Below, in pieces: positions 17,595 to 25,136 of a stretch of DNA of 26,319 bases. The stretch is from Candidatus Jordarchaeales archaeon (GTDB lineage: Archaea; Asgardarchaeota; Jordiarchaeia; Jordiarchaeales; Freyrarchaeaceae): positions 475,386 through 501,704 of the forward strand of contig JAWAHN010000002.1 of NCBI GenBank assembly GCA_038889235.1, given 5' to 3'. The notes under the pieces were generated by a model. The model had not been told where the DNA came from and made no database searches. It was given only the letters and a program-made list of their open reading frames with translations. The position numbers and the translations under genes are program-made. The first letter of the stretch is position 1, and each line of letters begins with the position of its first letter.

Positions 17595-18042
17595 TTATAC
17601 AATCCCACTTGATTTCTTTAACACATCATTCCACGCTGTGACATGGACCTTACTCGCGTTCCAGCTCTTCAATTCCCTCAAAGCTCTACGTTCCTTGCGG
17701 TCCAAACGTTCGTAACCAGTATCGTTCTCCTGCCTGTTGAAGAATAACTCGCCAGCTGGTCTAACGGTTCCACTTCGACGAGAAGCCATTCCCCTTTTTC
17801 TCTCGGCTATTACATCTGGACTTCCGGAAGCTCTAATATCCTCTGGGGCTTCTTCCCTTGCAACAATCCTATAGCCCATCCTCCTCAGCTTTTCCTCTAC
17901 AGCAACCTTAGGACTTCGTGCACGTGACATAGGGCCTTCCTGCCTCCAAAGCCTTCACAATGCTCCTCGTCTCTTTAAACGCCTCTCTAGCCCTATCAAT
18001 CGACTTAAAAGTGTTCCAAACGCTCGGCACCCCCGCCATCAA
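17595..18042 (-). pseudogene. Small PD-(D/E)XK (Hjc/Mrr-like) nuclease, frameshifted
   Basis: GAGGTG RBS; MAGVPSVWNTF...HEVL/VAVEEKLRRMGYRIV...GSPDVIAER, then after a shift GEWLLVEVE; further stops downstream. Confidence 0.6.
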
Positions 18043-18106
18043 CTTTCACCTCTCCAGTGGAGTACATGTACCCCATGCTTTGTTAGCTTTGAGTCTTAAG
18101 GCGCTG

Positions 18107-18158
18107 TGCGCGCTAGCTTGTTGCTAATTTGGTGTAAAATGGTTTTTATTCCTCTTTT
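18107..18158 (+). repeat. 52-bp inverted repeat, left copy
   Basis: Reverse complement matches 18539-18590 at 46/52; the outer 21 bp (TGCGCGCTAGCTTGTTGCTAA) are perfect. Confidence 0.88.
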
Positions 18159-18175
18159 GCCATTTTGGGCTTAGT

Positions 18176-18661
18176 GTGGACTCATTTGATAGGCGTATCT
18201 TAGGCGTTCTAAAAGATGGAAAGCCAAGGAATTTCAAACAGCTCACAAGGGATGTCGGCGTCTCCCATAACACTTTAAGAATGCATTTATCCACCCTAGA
18301 AAGGCAAGGCTTAATCGTTAAGGATAAAAAGTCTATTAAAAGGCGTGGAAGACCAGTCTTCATATATACCATAACTCCAGAGATGAGCCGTAAGGTGACT
18401 TTAACAATAGCAGAGCCGCAGACCACCATCGTCAGCCTAACATTTCAAACACTGAAACATCTCTGTAGATTTGAGAAGGGCGGATACTGCAAGAAAAGTC
18501 AGAGAGAATGTAAACCCCAAAATTGCCCCCAAATCCTAAAAAGAAAAATAAAAACCATTTCTAACCAATTTAGCAACAAGCTAGCGCGCAGTCCCATGCC
18601 CAAAGTGCGGAAAGCCCATAATATCTTTAAGCAAAAATGGGAACTTGGAAAACGAGGTTAA
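18176..18661 (+). CDS. ArsR-like wHTH with a Cys-rich C-terminus
   Basis: FDRRILGVLKDGKPRNFKQLTRDVGVSHNTLRMHLSTLERQGLI...GRP; CRFEKGGYC...C...CP. The native end is probably near 18550, inside the right inverted repeat. Confidence 0.8.
   Translation: MDSFDRRILGVLKDGKPRNFKQLTRDVGVSHNTLRMHLSTLERQGLIVKDKKSIKRRGRPVFIYTITPEMSRKVTLTIAEPQTTIVSLTFQTLKHLCRFEKGGYCKKSQRECKPQNCPQILKRKIKTISNQFSNKLARSPMPKVRKAHNIFKQKWELGKRG
18539..18590 (-). repeat. 52-bp inverted repeat, right copy
   Basis: Partner of 18107-18158; overlaps the 3' end of the wHTH ORF. Confidence 0.88.
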
Positions 18662-18905
18662 GCCTTATATCGAAAAAAGCATTTGCTAACTGGTATCACA
18701 TAGGATGCTGGAAGGAGTGACTTTTATAATAAGCCCGGCGTAAGCATGGCGCATAAAAGTGAACTAGAAATTTTTGATGAACACCTGCGTAAAGACTAAC
18801 AGAATTAGAGTTTTAGAATAACTTGTGAAGAGCCCTCGAAAACCTATTTCGGCAAAAATTAAAACAGAACCCAGCAATTTTCAATATTATTGGTAGGTCA
18901 TTTTA

Positions 18906-19190
18906 ATGCCGAGTCATAGGTGTCATGAGGAGATAGGCGCTCTTATGGGTATAAATATATCTGCATTAAGGGATGCGAACCTTTTTATTGACGATCCGGA
19001 CAGATGGTTTAGTGAGCGCGGCTTACGGAACCTTTATGGGCTGAAGCATGACGATGATAGGGTGCTTGCTATGAACATTGTTCGCTCTATCTTAAGGGAT
19101 ATTTATGGTGATGAAGGCGTACTTGCTGCGGATTTGCATTACGCCGTGGACTATATTGAGCGTTGGCTAGATCCAGAACTATCCAGATAG
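18906..19190 (+). CDS. His/Asp-rich putative metal-binding domain (possibly the N-terminal part of one gene with 19191-19559)
   Basis: HRCH, KHD and LHYAVD motifs; its TAG is followed immediately by an in-frame ATG. Confidence 0.55.
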   Translation: MPSHRCHEEIGALMGINISALRDANLFIDDPDRWFSERGLRNLYGLKHDDDRVLAMNIVRSILRDIYGDEGVLAADLHYAVDYIERWLDPELSR

Positions 19191-19559
19191 ATGCTTACAA
19201 AAATGCAGCAACAGGCCCTCTATCCTCCCAAAAGGTGGGGCTTCGTCCATAAGTATAAGAGCATATGGTATCCATCAGCCAGAGACCAAAACACTATTCC
19301 ATTAACAGCCTACTGCAACATATGCAAGGGAATCAAGAAACCAGTTAACTCACCACTCTGCAATGAATGTAAAATGCATATTTTAGAGGAGAAAGATATT
19401 TCGCGAAAAATGTCCTTCAATACTTTCCTTCAAGCTTTTGGGAAAAAGATTGATGAGCGCAAAATAGACAAAAGGGTCGTAGATTTCATAAGCACGAATT
19501 TCAACCGCATAGTAACCATGATAATTGAGGATAGAATAAAGCGTGGACTCAACTTCTAA
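19191..19559 (+). CDS. Hypothetical protein with two CxxC pairs
   Basis: CNICK...LCNEC; same frame as the upstream ORF; no evident RBS. Confidence 0.55.
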   Translation: MLTKMQQQALYPPKRWGFVHKYKSIWYPSARDQNTIPLTAYCNICKGIKKPVNSPLCNECKMHILEEKDISRKMSFNTFLQAFGKKIDERKIDKRVVDFISTNFNRIVTMIIEDRIKRGLNF

Positions 19560-19630
19560 ATAAAAATAAATGCGCGCTTCTTGGAAAAAGATAGCTAGCT
19601 AAGCATCATAAAATAGAAAAAGAAAGGATT

Positions 19631-19650
19631 TGCGGGAGATATCTCCAGCA
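19631..19650. repeat. 20-bp imperfect palindrome next to attR
   Basis: TGCGGGAGAT/ATCTCCAGCA with one mismatch; the core GGAGATATCTCC (19635-19646) is perfect. Confidence 0.7.
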
Positions 19651-19674
19651 TGTCGTGGGTTCAAATCCCACCCC
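19650..19674 (+). other. attR: tRNA-like variable loop/T-arm fragment ending in the 9-bp core
   Basis: ATGTC GTGGG TTCAAAT CCCAC CCC: 5-bp stem with a canonical T-loop. The rest of the acceptor strand (GCCCG) is at 561-565. Confidence 0.85.
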
Positions 19675-19913
19675 TAACAGGTGTGAAGGGAGCCGCTTTC
19701 TGCACCTTCCACAACTCCGGGGATAAGAGAACAATAAACTACATTAAAGAAAAACTGGAGGAGAAAGGAGCCAAGTTTCTGGGAGGGTTCTCCTGTAAGG
19801 GGGAGAGCCGCTTTGTGGCAAACTTTGGCCCAAGGATATTCAACAAGGGTAGGCCGAACAGTGACGACTTGAAAAAAGCAGAAGACTTCGCGAGGACTAT
19901 AGCGAAGCTCTAA
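19675..19913 (+). pseudogene. Flavodoxin, 3' half
   Basis: (L)TGVKGAAFCT...KGAKFLGGFSCKG...KGRPNSDDLKKAEDFA is a typical flavodoxin C-terminus, in frame with 356-560. Confidence 0.92.
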
Positions 19914-20366
19914 CCACCAGTGGCCGGAAAAATGTAGACGCCCCTCTTAACCCCTTTCAAACTTGAGTGTTTATTCTGGTTTTTTGTTGCGTCGAGCTTT
20001 TCGTTAAGCTTTCCCCCGATTGAGTTCATGCTTGGAAGCCAAGTACCATAGTTGCATGTGAGAAGAATTTTGACTGACAATAGAGATGGAAAAAGGGGGC
20101 CGTTGATGATAGGGCTGGCTCCGGTCCGAGTAAGAAAAACCACTCCTTGTTTCATGACCAGCATGGGGTGACTTCGAGGCCCATCGTGCAGCAGTTTATC
20201 GTTAACCTTAACCCGCCCAGGAAATCTGTTCCGAGAATCCTTGTCCGCCCTGTCCGTCGTCCCTATGAACCCGTCTCTGAAGGTTCTCTGGTCTTTAAGA
20301 TTTTGAATCAATTTCAAACTTCAGCTTCGAGCTTCGTATATTATAGCGTCCCAGACAAGTTTGTAA

Positions 20367-20609
20367 TCAACACCAAAACAGGCGCGAATGAGCCCGTCCC
20401 CCTACAATTCTTTCCCCATTAAACGCTGACCCTCCCCCTAACTTCCGGAACTGCTTAGCAGCTCCATCAATCGCCTCGAACCCCCCTATAACTGCACTGC
20501 TCACCAAATCATTCCTAGAATAGTCAAACTCCGTATTTTCCACAAAGGATTCTACCACCTCAATCGCCTTAAGCACATCTCCGAAAAACAAACTGTAACA
20601 CTTTTTCAA
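20367..20609 (-). pseudogene. HepT-like (DUF86) HEPN toxin relic
   Basis: MKKCYSLFFGDVLKAIEVVESFV...SSAVIGGFEAIDGAAK resembles DUF86 N-termini; the C-terminal RxxxxH region is not recognisable. Confidence 0.65.
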
Positions 20610-20850
20610 ACTGTTACCTGTTTAAGAAAGTACTCCTTCAGCTCGGGTCTGAGTACTCTGCTGGAAACCACATCAGCTTTGACGCCAGTCTCCTCCCCAA
20701 AACCCCACTAGCCCCACCAAGTCAAGTAGGACAGCCCCCTCCTCAAAGCTTGCAAGGACACCATCGTTTTCAATCTTTCCTCGCCATGAACGTGAGAACC
20801 AAGTACACCGATTACCCCAGAGCCCTAAACTCACTCCCGAAACCCACCTA
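20606..20850 (-). pseudogene. MntA-like minimal nucleotidyltransferase relic
   Basis: VIGVLGSHVHGEER...LLDLVGL...GVKADVVSSRVLRPELKEYFLKQV across frameshifts. Its TGA overlaps the HepT TTG; the 5' boundary is approximate. Confidence 0.65.
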
Positions 20851-21029
20851 TGCTCTTCTCAAGACTCCCTTTGCTTTCCCAAGCTTTTAGACACAGCTAC
20901 CACTCTTTTCCCATCCTTAGCCGGTCGCAACACACAGACCAACAACGCATCATCACCATTAAGTAAAAAAAGAAAGTAAATGTTGTTCTGCATCGCTAAG
21001 AGAAGCAAAGGAAGCTTAATAGACCACTC

Positions 21030-22478
21030 TCAACTCTCTGGCCATACTTTCTGGTAATTATTTGACAGGTATTTTGAGACCTGCTCATACGCGTCGTTTA
21101 TGCTCAGCGTTTCTACCTCTTTTTCGCGGGTCGTGAACCATTGCAACTCTTTCGGCCAATCGGAAGACTTTAAGAACGTAATTACAACAGTCTGTTCATC
21201 CAGCAACGACACAATAACAGGAGAAGGCCTACGGTAATGCTCATATTCTTCACTTTCGTCATTGAATTTTACGAAGCCACTATATTGTTCATCGCGTTCT
21301 TGTGGCACTTCTTCAACTATCGAAGCCTTTTTCTTGCTTCTAATCGTAGTATTAGTATTAAAGACTACTCTACATCGATGATCTTTCGGCGGTTTTTTCG
21401 CTTCCCTTGGAAGACCCAAAATATACGATCCTAGTGCGGTGGCCTCCGAAACTACAACAATTTTTTGTTTCACCTTTTTCTCAGTTAACTTCGTTTTCTG
21501 AAGCCTGTTTGGAAGCCTTCCTAAGTCTCTTGCGTCTCTGAGAAAGAGTTTTTCTAGTACCTCGGAGTTGAGGGTGGACAGTCTGTCCTCGCAACTTATG
21601 TTTCCTAACTTTTCTAGCTTTTTAACATATATTTCGGCAGCCTTTTCGCTAAGCGATGGTATCTTCGGAAATGGAGGTAATTCTCCCGTTTGTATGTCTC
21701 CCAGCACCCCTTCTTTCAGCATTTTTTCGGCGATTTTCCTAGCATCACCGATGATCATTTTTAACATGTTCTTCCTAGCATCATCGATAATCATTTTTAG
21801 CGTGTTTTCATCCGCTTTTTGGGATATTTGCAGCAGCCCCTTGCACCCCTCTTTTTCAAGGAGTTCCATCACTCTTCGTGAGAGTTTGACCGATGAGATT
21901 TTGACCGCCCCCATCGCCCTCCGTGAACCCTTCCCTAGTCCTCCGAGAAGAAGGGAAAGAATTACGGCATGCAACCCAAGAACTTCCTCCAAATTCGGCT
22001 CCTTTGCAGAAGAGTAAACACATATGGTCACATCTAAGTTTCTCAGCATATCACTAAGCTTACTAATAATTATATCATTTTTCTTTTTCTCATACTTACT
22101 ATTTTTCTCATTAACTGACTCACGTTTCCCCATCAGGAGAAGCTTAAGTCTTATATGTTTAATTAGTTGTTTAAGTGTCTTTATGTTTTTTGTATCTATG
22201 TTTTTTATCTCATTTGTGTTTTTCGGCTTCGTCTTAATGATTAGTCGTGAGCTTCTGTTGGTTGATCCAAATATTCTTTTTTGTGCTTCTATTGCTTTTT
22301 TATCGTGGTTTATGTCTCCTTTGTCGTATGCTACCCCACTTACTATTGCTCTTAGCCACCATGCTACTAGCCCCCTGAGGGATGTAATCCTGAATATTTC
22401 GTCGTGGGTGTTCGGGTTGTATCCTCCTATTGCTGACGGGGTTAGGCTTTTAATTTCTATCGTTGCGAGGTACTTCAC
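21030..22478 (-). CDS. cmr1: Type III-B RAMP Cmr1
   Basis: TPSAIGG, SLRGLVAWWLRA, IFGST, LGGLGKGSRRAMG, LGLPR and RRPSPVIVS motifs. Confidence 0.9.
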   Translation of the reverse strand: MKYLATIEIKSLTPSAIGGYNPNTHDEIFRITSLRGLVAWWLRAIVSGVAYDKGDINHDKKAIEAQKRIFGSTNRSSRLIIKTKPKNTNEIKNIDTKNIKTLKQLIKHIRLKLLLMGKRESVNEKNSKYEKKKNDIIISKLSDMLRNLDVTICVYSSAKEPNLEEVLGLHAVILSLLLGGLGKGSRRAMGAVKISSVKLSRRVMELLEKEGCKGLLQISQKADENTLKMIIDDARKNMLKMIIGDARKIAEKMLKEGVLGDIQTGELPPFPKIPSLSEKAAEIYVKKLEKLGNISCEDRLSTLNSEVLEKLFLRDARDLGRLPNRLQKTKLTEKKVKQKIVVVSEATALGSYILGLPREAKKPPKDHRCRVVFNTNTTIRSKKKASIVEEVPQERDEQYSGFVKFNDESEEYEHYRRPSPVIVSLLDEQTVVITFLKSSDWPKELQWFTTREKEVETLSINDAYEQVSKYLSNNYQKVWPES

Positions 22479-23332
22479 GCTTTCACCCCTCCTTCAAGTT
22501 TTATGGATGTGAGGGTGAATGAGCCGTACCCGGAAGATGTTTTGCCCCCCACCCCAAGTTCCTCGACGGCTTTCTTAACATATTTTTCGAGCTTCGACAC
22601 GACGTTTTGGGGGTAGTTTTCGCCTAGTAAACTTTTAACGTCGCTGGTCAGCTTCTCGTAGTCCGAGTTGAGTATCACTAGGAACCTGAATTTTACACCT
22701 CTGTTTATCGCGATGAAGTTGACTGGTGTTGGTTCAGCCGTGTGCTCTTCCACTGTCCCCCTTTCTAGGGAGTATATTGGGGTTATGACGTCTCTCACTA
22801 CTAGTTTGCCTTTTGACTCGACTGGGTAGGCTTCGGTGAACGAGAGAAGGGAGAGCTGCGCCTCCTCCTTTTTTGCCTTTCCGAAGAGGACCTCGACGAT
22901 TTTCGCGTCATCCGTCCACTCGGCGGCCGCCCTCACTACTCCCTTAATCCCGGAGATTATTGGTGAGTCGAGAAGTGGGTCCCATGCGAGGCCGACCTCG
23001 TCTATCAGCCACGCGAAGGGCGACGATACGTCGACGATGACCCTCGAAGTTGAAGTGATGTCGCAGGTGACGACACTCTTCCCAGCTGAGACGTACGCCG
23101 CTTTGAGCGCCTCCAGGTATTTCCTACATCTAGAGCATATATCCTCCTTCTTCTTGTCTACTTCTTGGCAGATCCACTCGGCGAGCTCCCCTTTGTAGAC
23201 TTCTTTATCATTATCATTATGATCATTATGCTTTAGGAGGAGGGCTGTTGCTTTTCTGACATACGCTTCGTACACGTTCTTGTAGTGTATTTCTTGTCTC
23301 TTTTCACTTATTACTCGTCTTTTTTCACCCAT
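22475..23332 (-). CDS. cmr6: Type III-B RAMP Cmr6
   Basis: GLAWDPLLDSP, IKGVVR, LFG, EAYPV, DVITP, PTPVNF and GVGGKTSSGYG motifs. Confidence 0.9.
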   Translation of the reverse strand: MGEKRRVISEKRQEIHYKNVYEAYVRKATALLLKHNDHNDNDKEVYKGELAEWICQEVDKKKEDICSRCRKYLEALKAAYVSAGKSVVTCDITSTSRVIVDVSSPFAWLIDEVGLAWDPLLDSPIISGIKGVVRAAAEWTDDAKIVEVLFGKAKKEEAQLSLLSFTEAYPVESKGKLVVRDVITPIYSLERGTVEEHTAEPTPVNFIAINRGVKFRFLVILNSDYEKLTSDVKSLLGENYPQNVVSKLEKYVKKAVEELGVGGKTSSGYGSFTLTSIKLEGGVKA

Positions 23333-24760
23333 CTACTCTCCTCCCTCCTTTCTGGCGTAGCTTCTGATTACGTATTTGAGCTTTGTGAGATCTTTTAAAA
23401 TGGTCTTGTAGTTTAGAATCAGTTGACCGGTTTTTTCAACCTTGGTTCTGGCAATTTCGTCACGTTCAATCCACTCTTTGCTGAAGAAGTTTTTGTCCCT
23501 CATCTCTTCCATGACTCGTTTTACCTCTTCGTATCCTTTTCCTTTTGCGTCACCCTTGATTTTCTTGTAGAATAGATAAACGGTGAGCAGGGGAAGCCTT
23601 CTGATCCTGTCCGGGAGGCCGGAGAACTTTCCGACGAACTCGTCCGCCTCCTCTAAAGTGGTCTTCTCTAGCAGTTCTAGGAAGATGCTGGTTTTCCGCT
23701 CCTCGCCAGCTACTTTCTTGTTCCATGTTTGCTTTACCTCCGTCCATTCCCCCTTGAACCTCATCTCGGCTGCTTTGAGTAATCCCCTTGCGAGCGTTTC
23801 TCGCCCCCCTACTATCAGGGGTTTATCGCTCAGGTACTTCTTGACGAGGCTGCTGACGGACTGCTGATCCAGTTGCACTTCCATCTTGTTTTCTCTCACG
23901 GTGAGTTTGACTTCGCTCAGTCCGGCTAGGGCTTCATGGACGAAAACCTTCGCCTCTTTTTTCTCAAGCACAGCTTTGACCTCCCTTTGCGGGAACATTA
24001 CAATGGTGGAGAAAACCGAGAACTTCGGTACCTCCTCCTCGAACCATGGGCCGAGCTCAACGTTTTTCAGGTAAACATCATCTCTGAAGCCTACCAGTTT
24101 GACTCCTGGTTTTATGGGAAGTGCTTTTTCGATGAGGATGGAGGCGGCGGTGTCGTTTATGACTATCAAGTTGTTTATGAGGTCCGGCGGGTCGGTGAAG
24201 ACCGACTGCTGAACACCCTCAAGGGCGTTTTTGAGTGGGGTTAACCAGTCAACATGATTGTTCTTGAAAGTGAATTCCCCGAGAATAGTTACCTCGCTTT
24301 CTTTAATCGTCGAGGCACACTCGTTTATGGGAAGACCCACTAGGGTTGATGCCATCGAGTCCACGTATTGGGCAGCCTTCACATCCACCATAGCCAGGTG
24401 CCTTGCGAGGCAGTTGAGAAGCATGGGGCTTGTAAGGTAGATTAAACCGTGCTCGGCGCTCGTAACAGGGACAAAAACTAAGACTGCGTCCAGGATTGAA
24501 AAAATGCCCGCGTGGCTGGTCGTGCCGAAGAGCACTTTTTCCAAGTCTTCCCCGAGACAGCGGCTGACAGCCGACCTGAAGGCCCCCTTCAGGCTCTCCC
24601 CTCTTATCTTTACCAGCGAAAACCTGTCCTTGTACACTGGGAGGTCTGCGACCTCTATCCCCCCTCCCGGAGCTCCAGGGTGCACGTTTGTCAGCGCGAA
24701 GAGAGCAAAATGCAGGTTCAAGGGCTTCACCTCACGAGTATGCTTCGAGCACCTTTCCAA
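23333..24760 (-). CDS. Cmr4-like RAMP fused to a Cmr5-like small-subunit domain
   Basis: N-terminal part: TNVHPG, ADLPVYKD, GESLKGAFR, LFG, PLIVGGRETLARG. C-terminal ~110 aa: KFSGLPDRIRRLPLLTVYLFYKK...LTKLKYVIRSY, a Cmr5-like pattern. Confidence 0.78.
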   Translation of the reverse strand: MERCSKHTREVKPLNLHFALFALTNVHPGAPGGGIEVADLPVYKDRFSLVKIRGESLKGAFRSAVSRCLGEDLEKVLFGTTSHAGIFSILDAVLVFVPVTSAEHGLIYLTSPMLLNCLARHLAMVDVKAAQYVDSMASTLVGLPINECASTIKESEVTILGEFTFKNNHVDWLTPLKNALEGVQQSVFTDPPDLINNLIVINDTAASILIEKALPIKPGVKLVGFRDDVYLKNVELGPWFEEEVPKFSVFSTIVMFPQREVKAVLEKKEAKVFVHEALAGLSEVKLTVRENKMEVQLDQQSVSSLVKKYLSDKPLIVGGRETLARGLLKAAEMRFKGEWTEVKQTWNKKVAGEERKTSIFLELLEKTTLEEADEFVGKFSGLPDRIRRLPLLTVYLFYKKIKGDAKGKGYEEVKRVMEEMRDKNFFSKEWIERDEIARTKVEKTGQLILNYKTILKDLTKLKYVIRSYARKEGGE

Positions 24761-25136
24761 GGGCTTTGAGATACCTTAGCATGGCGCGTTCAGCCTTCAC
24801 CCTAACTTTTCCGTCGGAGAGCTTCTTCAACAGGTTGACGAGATCACCGTCGGCACTAATGTTTGAGAGGGCCTCTTTTACGAGGAAGGCGACGATTAGA
24901 GCCCACTCTCTCTCCTCCTCCTTAGACATCTCCCTGTACTTCTCGTAATCTCCCTCGACGAGTTTTTTCACGTTCTCGTTCTTCGCCTTACTGTAGGCGA
25001 AGAGAAGGCTTGATATTGCACCATCAGTCAGCGTCATCGAGAACATCCTCTTAGCTTTCCTCGAGATCTCCTCTGCTTCCTTGCCCTCGACACCCAGCTT
25101 CTCCCTGAGCCTAATGGCTGCCTGAACCTCCTTCAC
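24732..25136 (-). CDS. cmr5: Type III-B small subunit Cmr5
   Basis: 134-aa helical protein; KRMFSMTLTDGAISSLLFAYSK...RYLKALG; located after cmr4. Confidence 0.8.
   Translation of the reverse strand: MKEVQAAIRLREKLGVEGKEAEEISRKAKRMFSMTLTDGAISSLLFAYSKAKNENVKKLVEGDYEKYREMSKEEEREWALIVAFLVKEALSNISADGDLVNLLKKLSDGKVRVKAERAMLRYLKALGKVLEAYS

Larger units (their letters stand above)
552..19674. mobile_element. ~19.1 kb integrated element (integrative plasmid/island type) inserted in a flavodoxin gene
   Basis: Terminal 9-bp direct repeats. Removing 561-19674 restores the 444-nt flavodoxin ORF. Tyrosine integrase at one end, replication/regulatory genes next to it, accessory cargo beyond. No capsid gene recognised. 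Confidence 0.92.

Noticed and set aside
18100-18600. Insertion sequence with target-site duplication
   Set aside because: No transposase motif and no duplication at the repeat ends; kept only as an inverted-repeat cassette.
552-19674. Provirus
   Set aside because: No recognisable capsid, packaging ATPase, terminase or spike gene. The small membrane ORFs and C2H2 finger are insufficient, though a divergent virus cannot be excluded.
19631-19690. Possible tRNA gene (GGGTTCAAATCCC)
   Set aside because: Only the T-arm is present; there is no D-arm, anticodon arm or acceptor 5' strand. It is explained as the att arm.
19910-20422. ORFs 19910-20317 (-) and 20147-20422 (+)
   Set aside because: Mutually overlapping, no motifs, no RBS; probably decayed or non-coding sequence.
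23205-23232. Short ATC/ATT repeats in cmr6 (HNDHNDND)
   Set aside because: A low-complexity coding loop, too short to imply a separate function.
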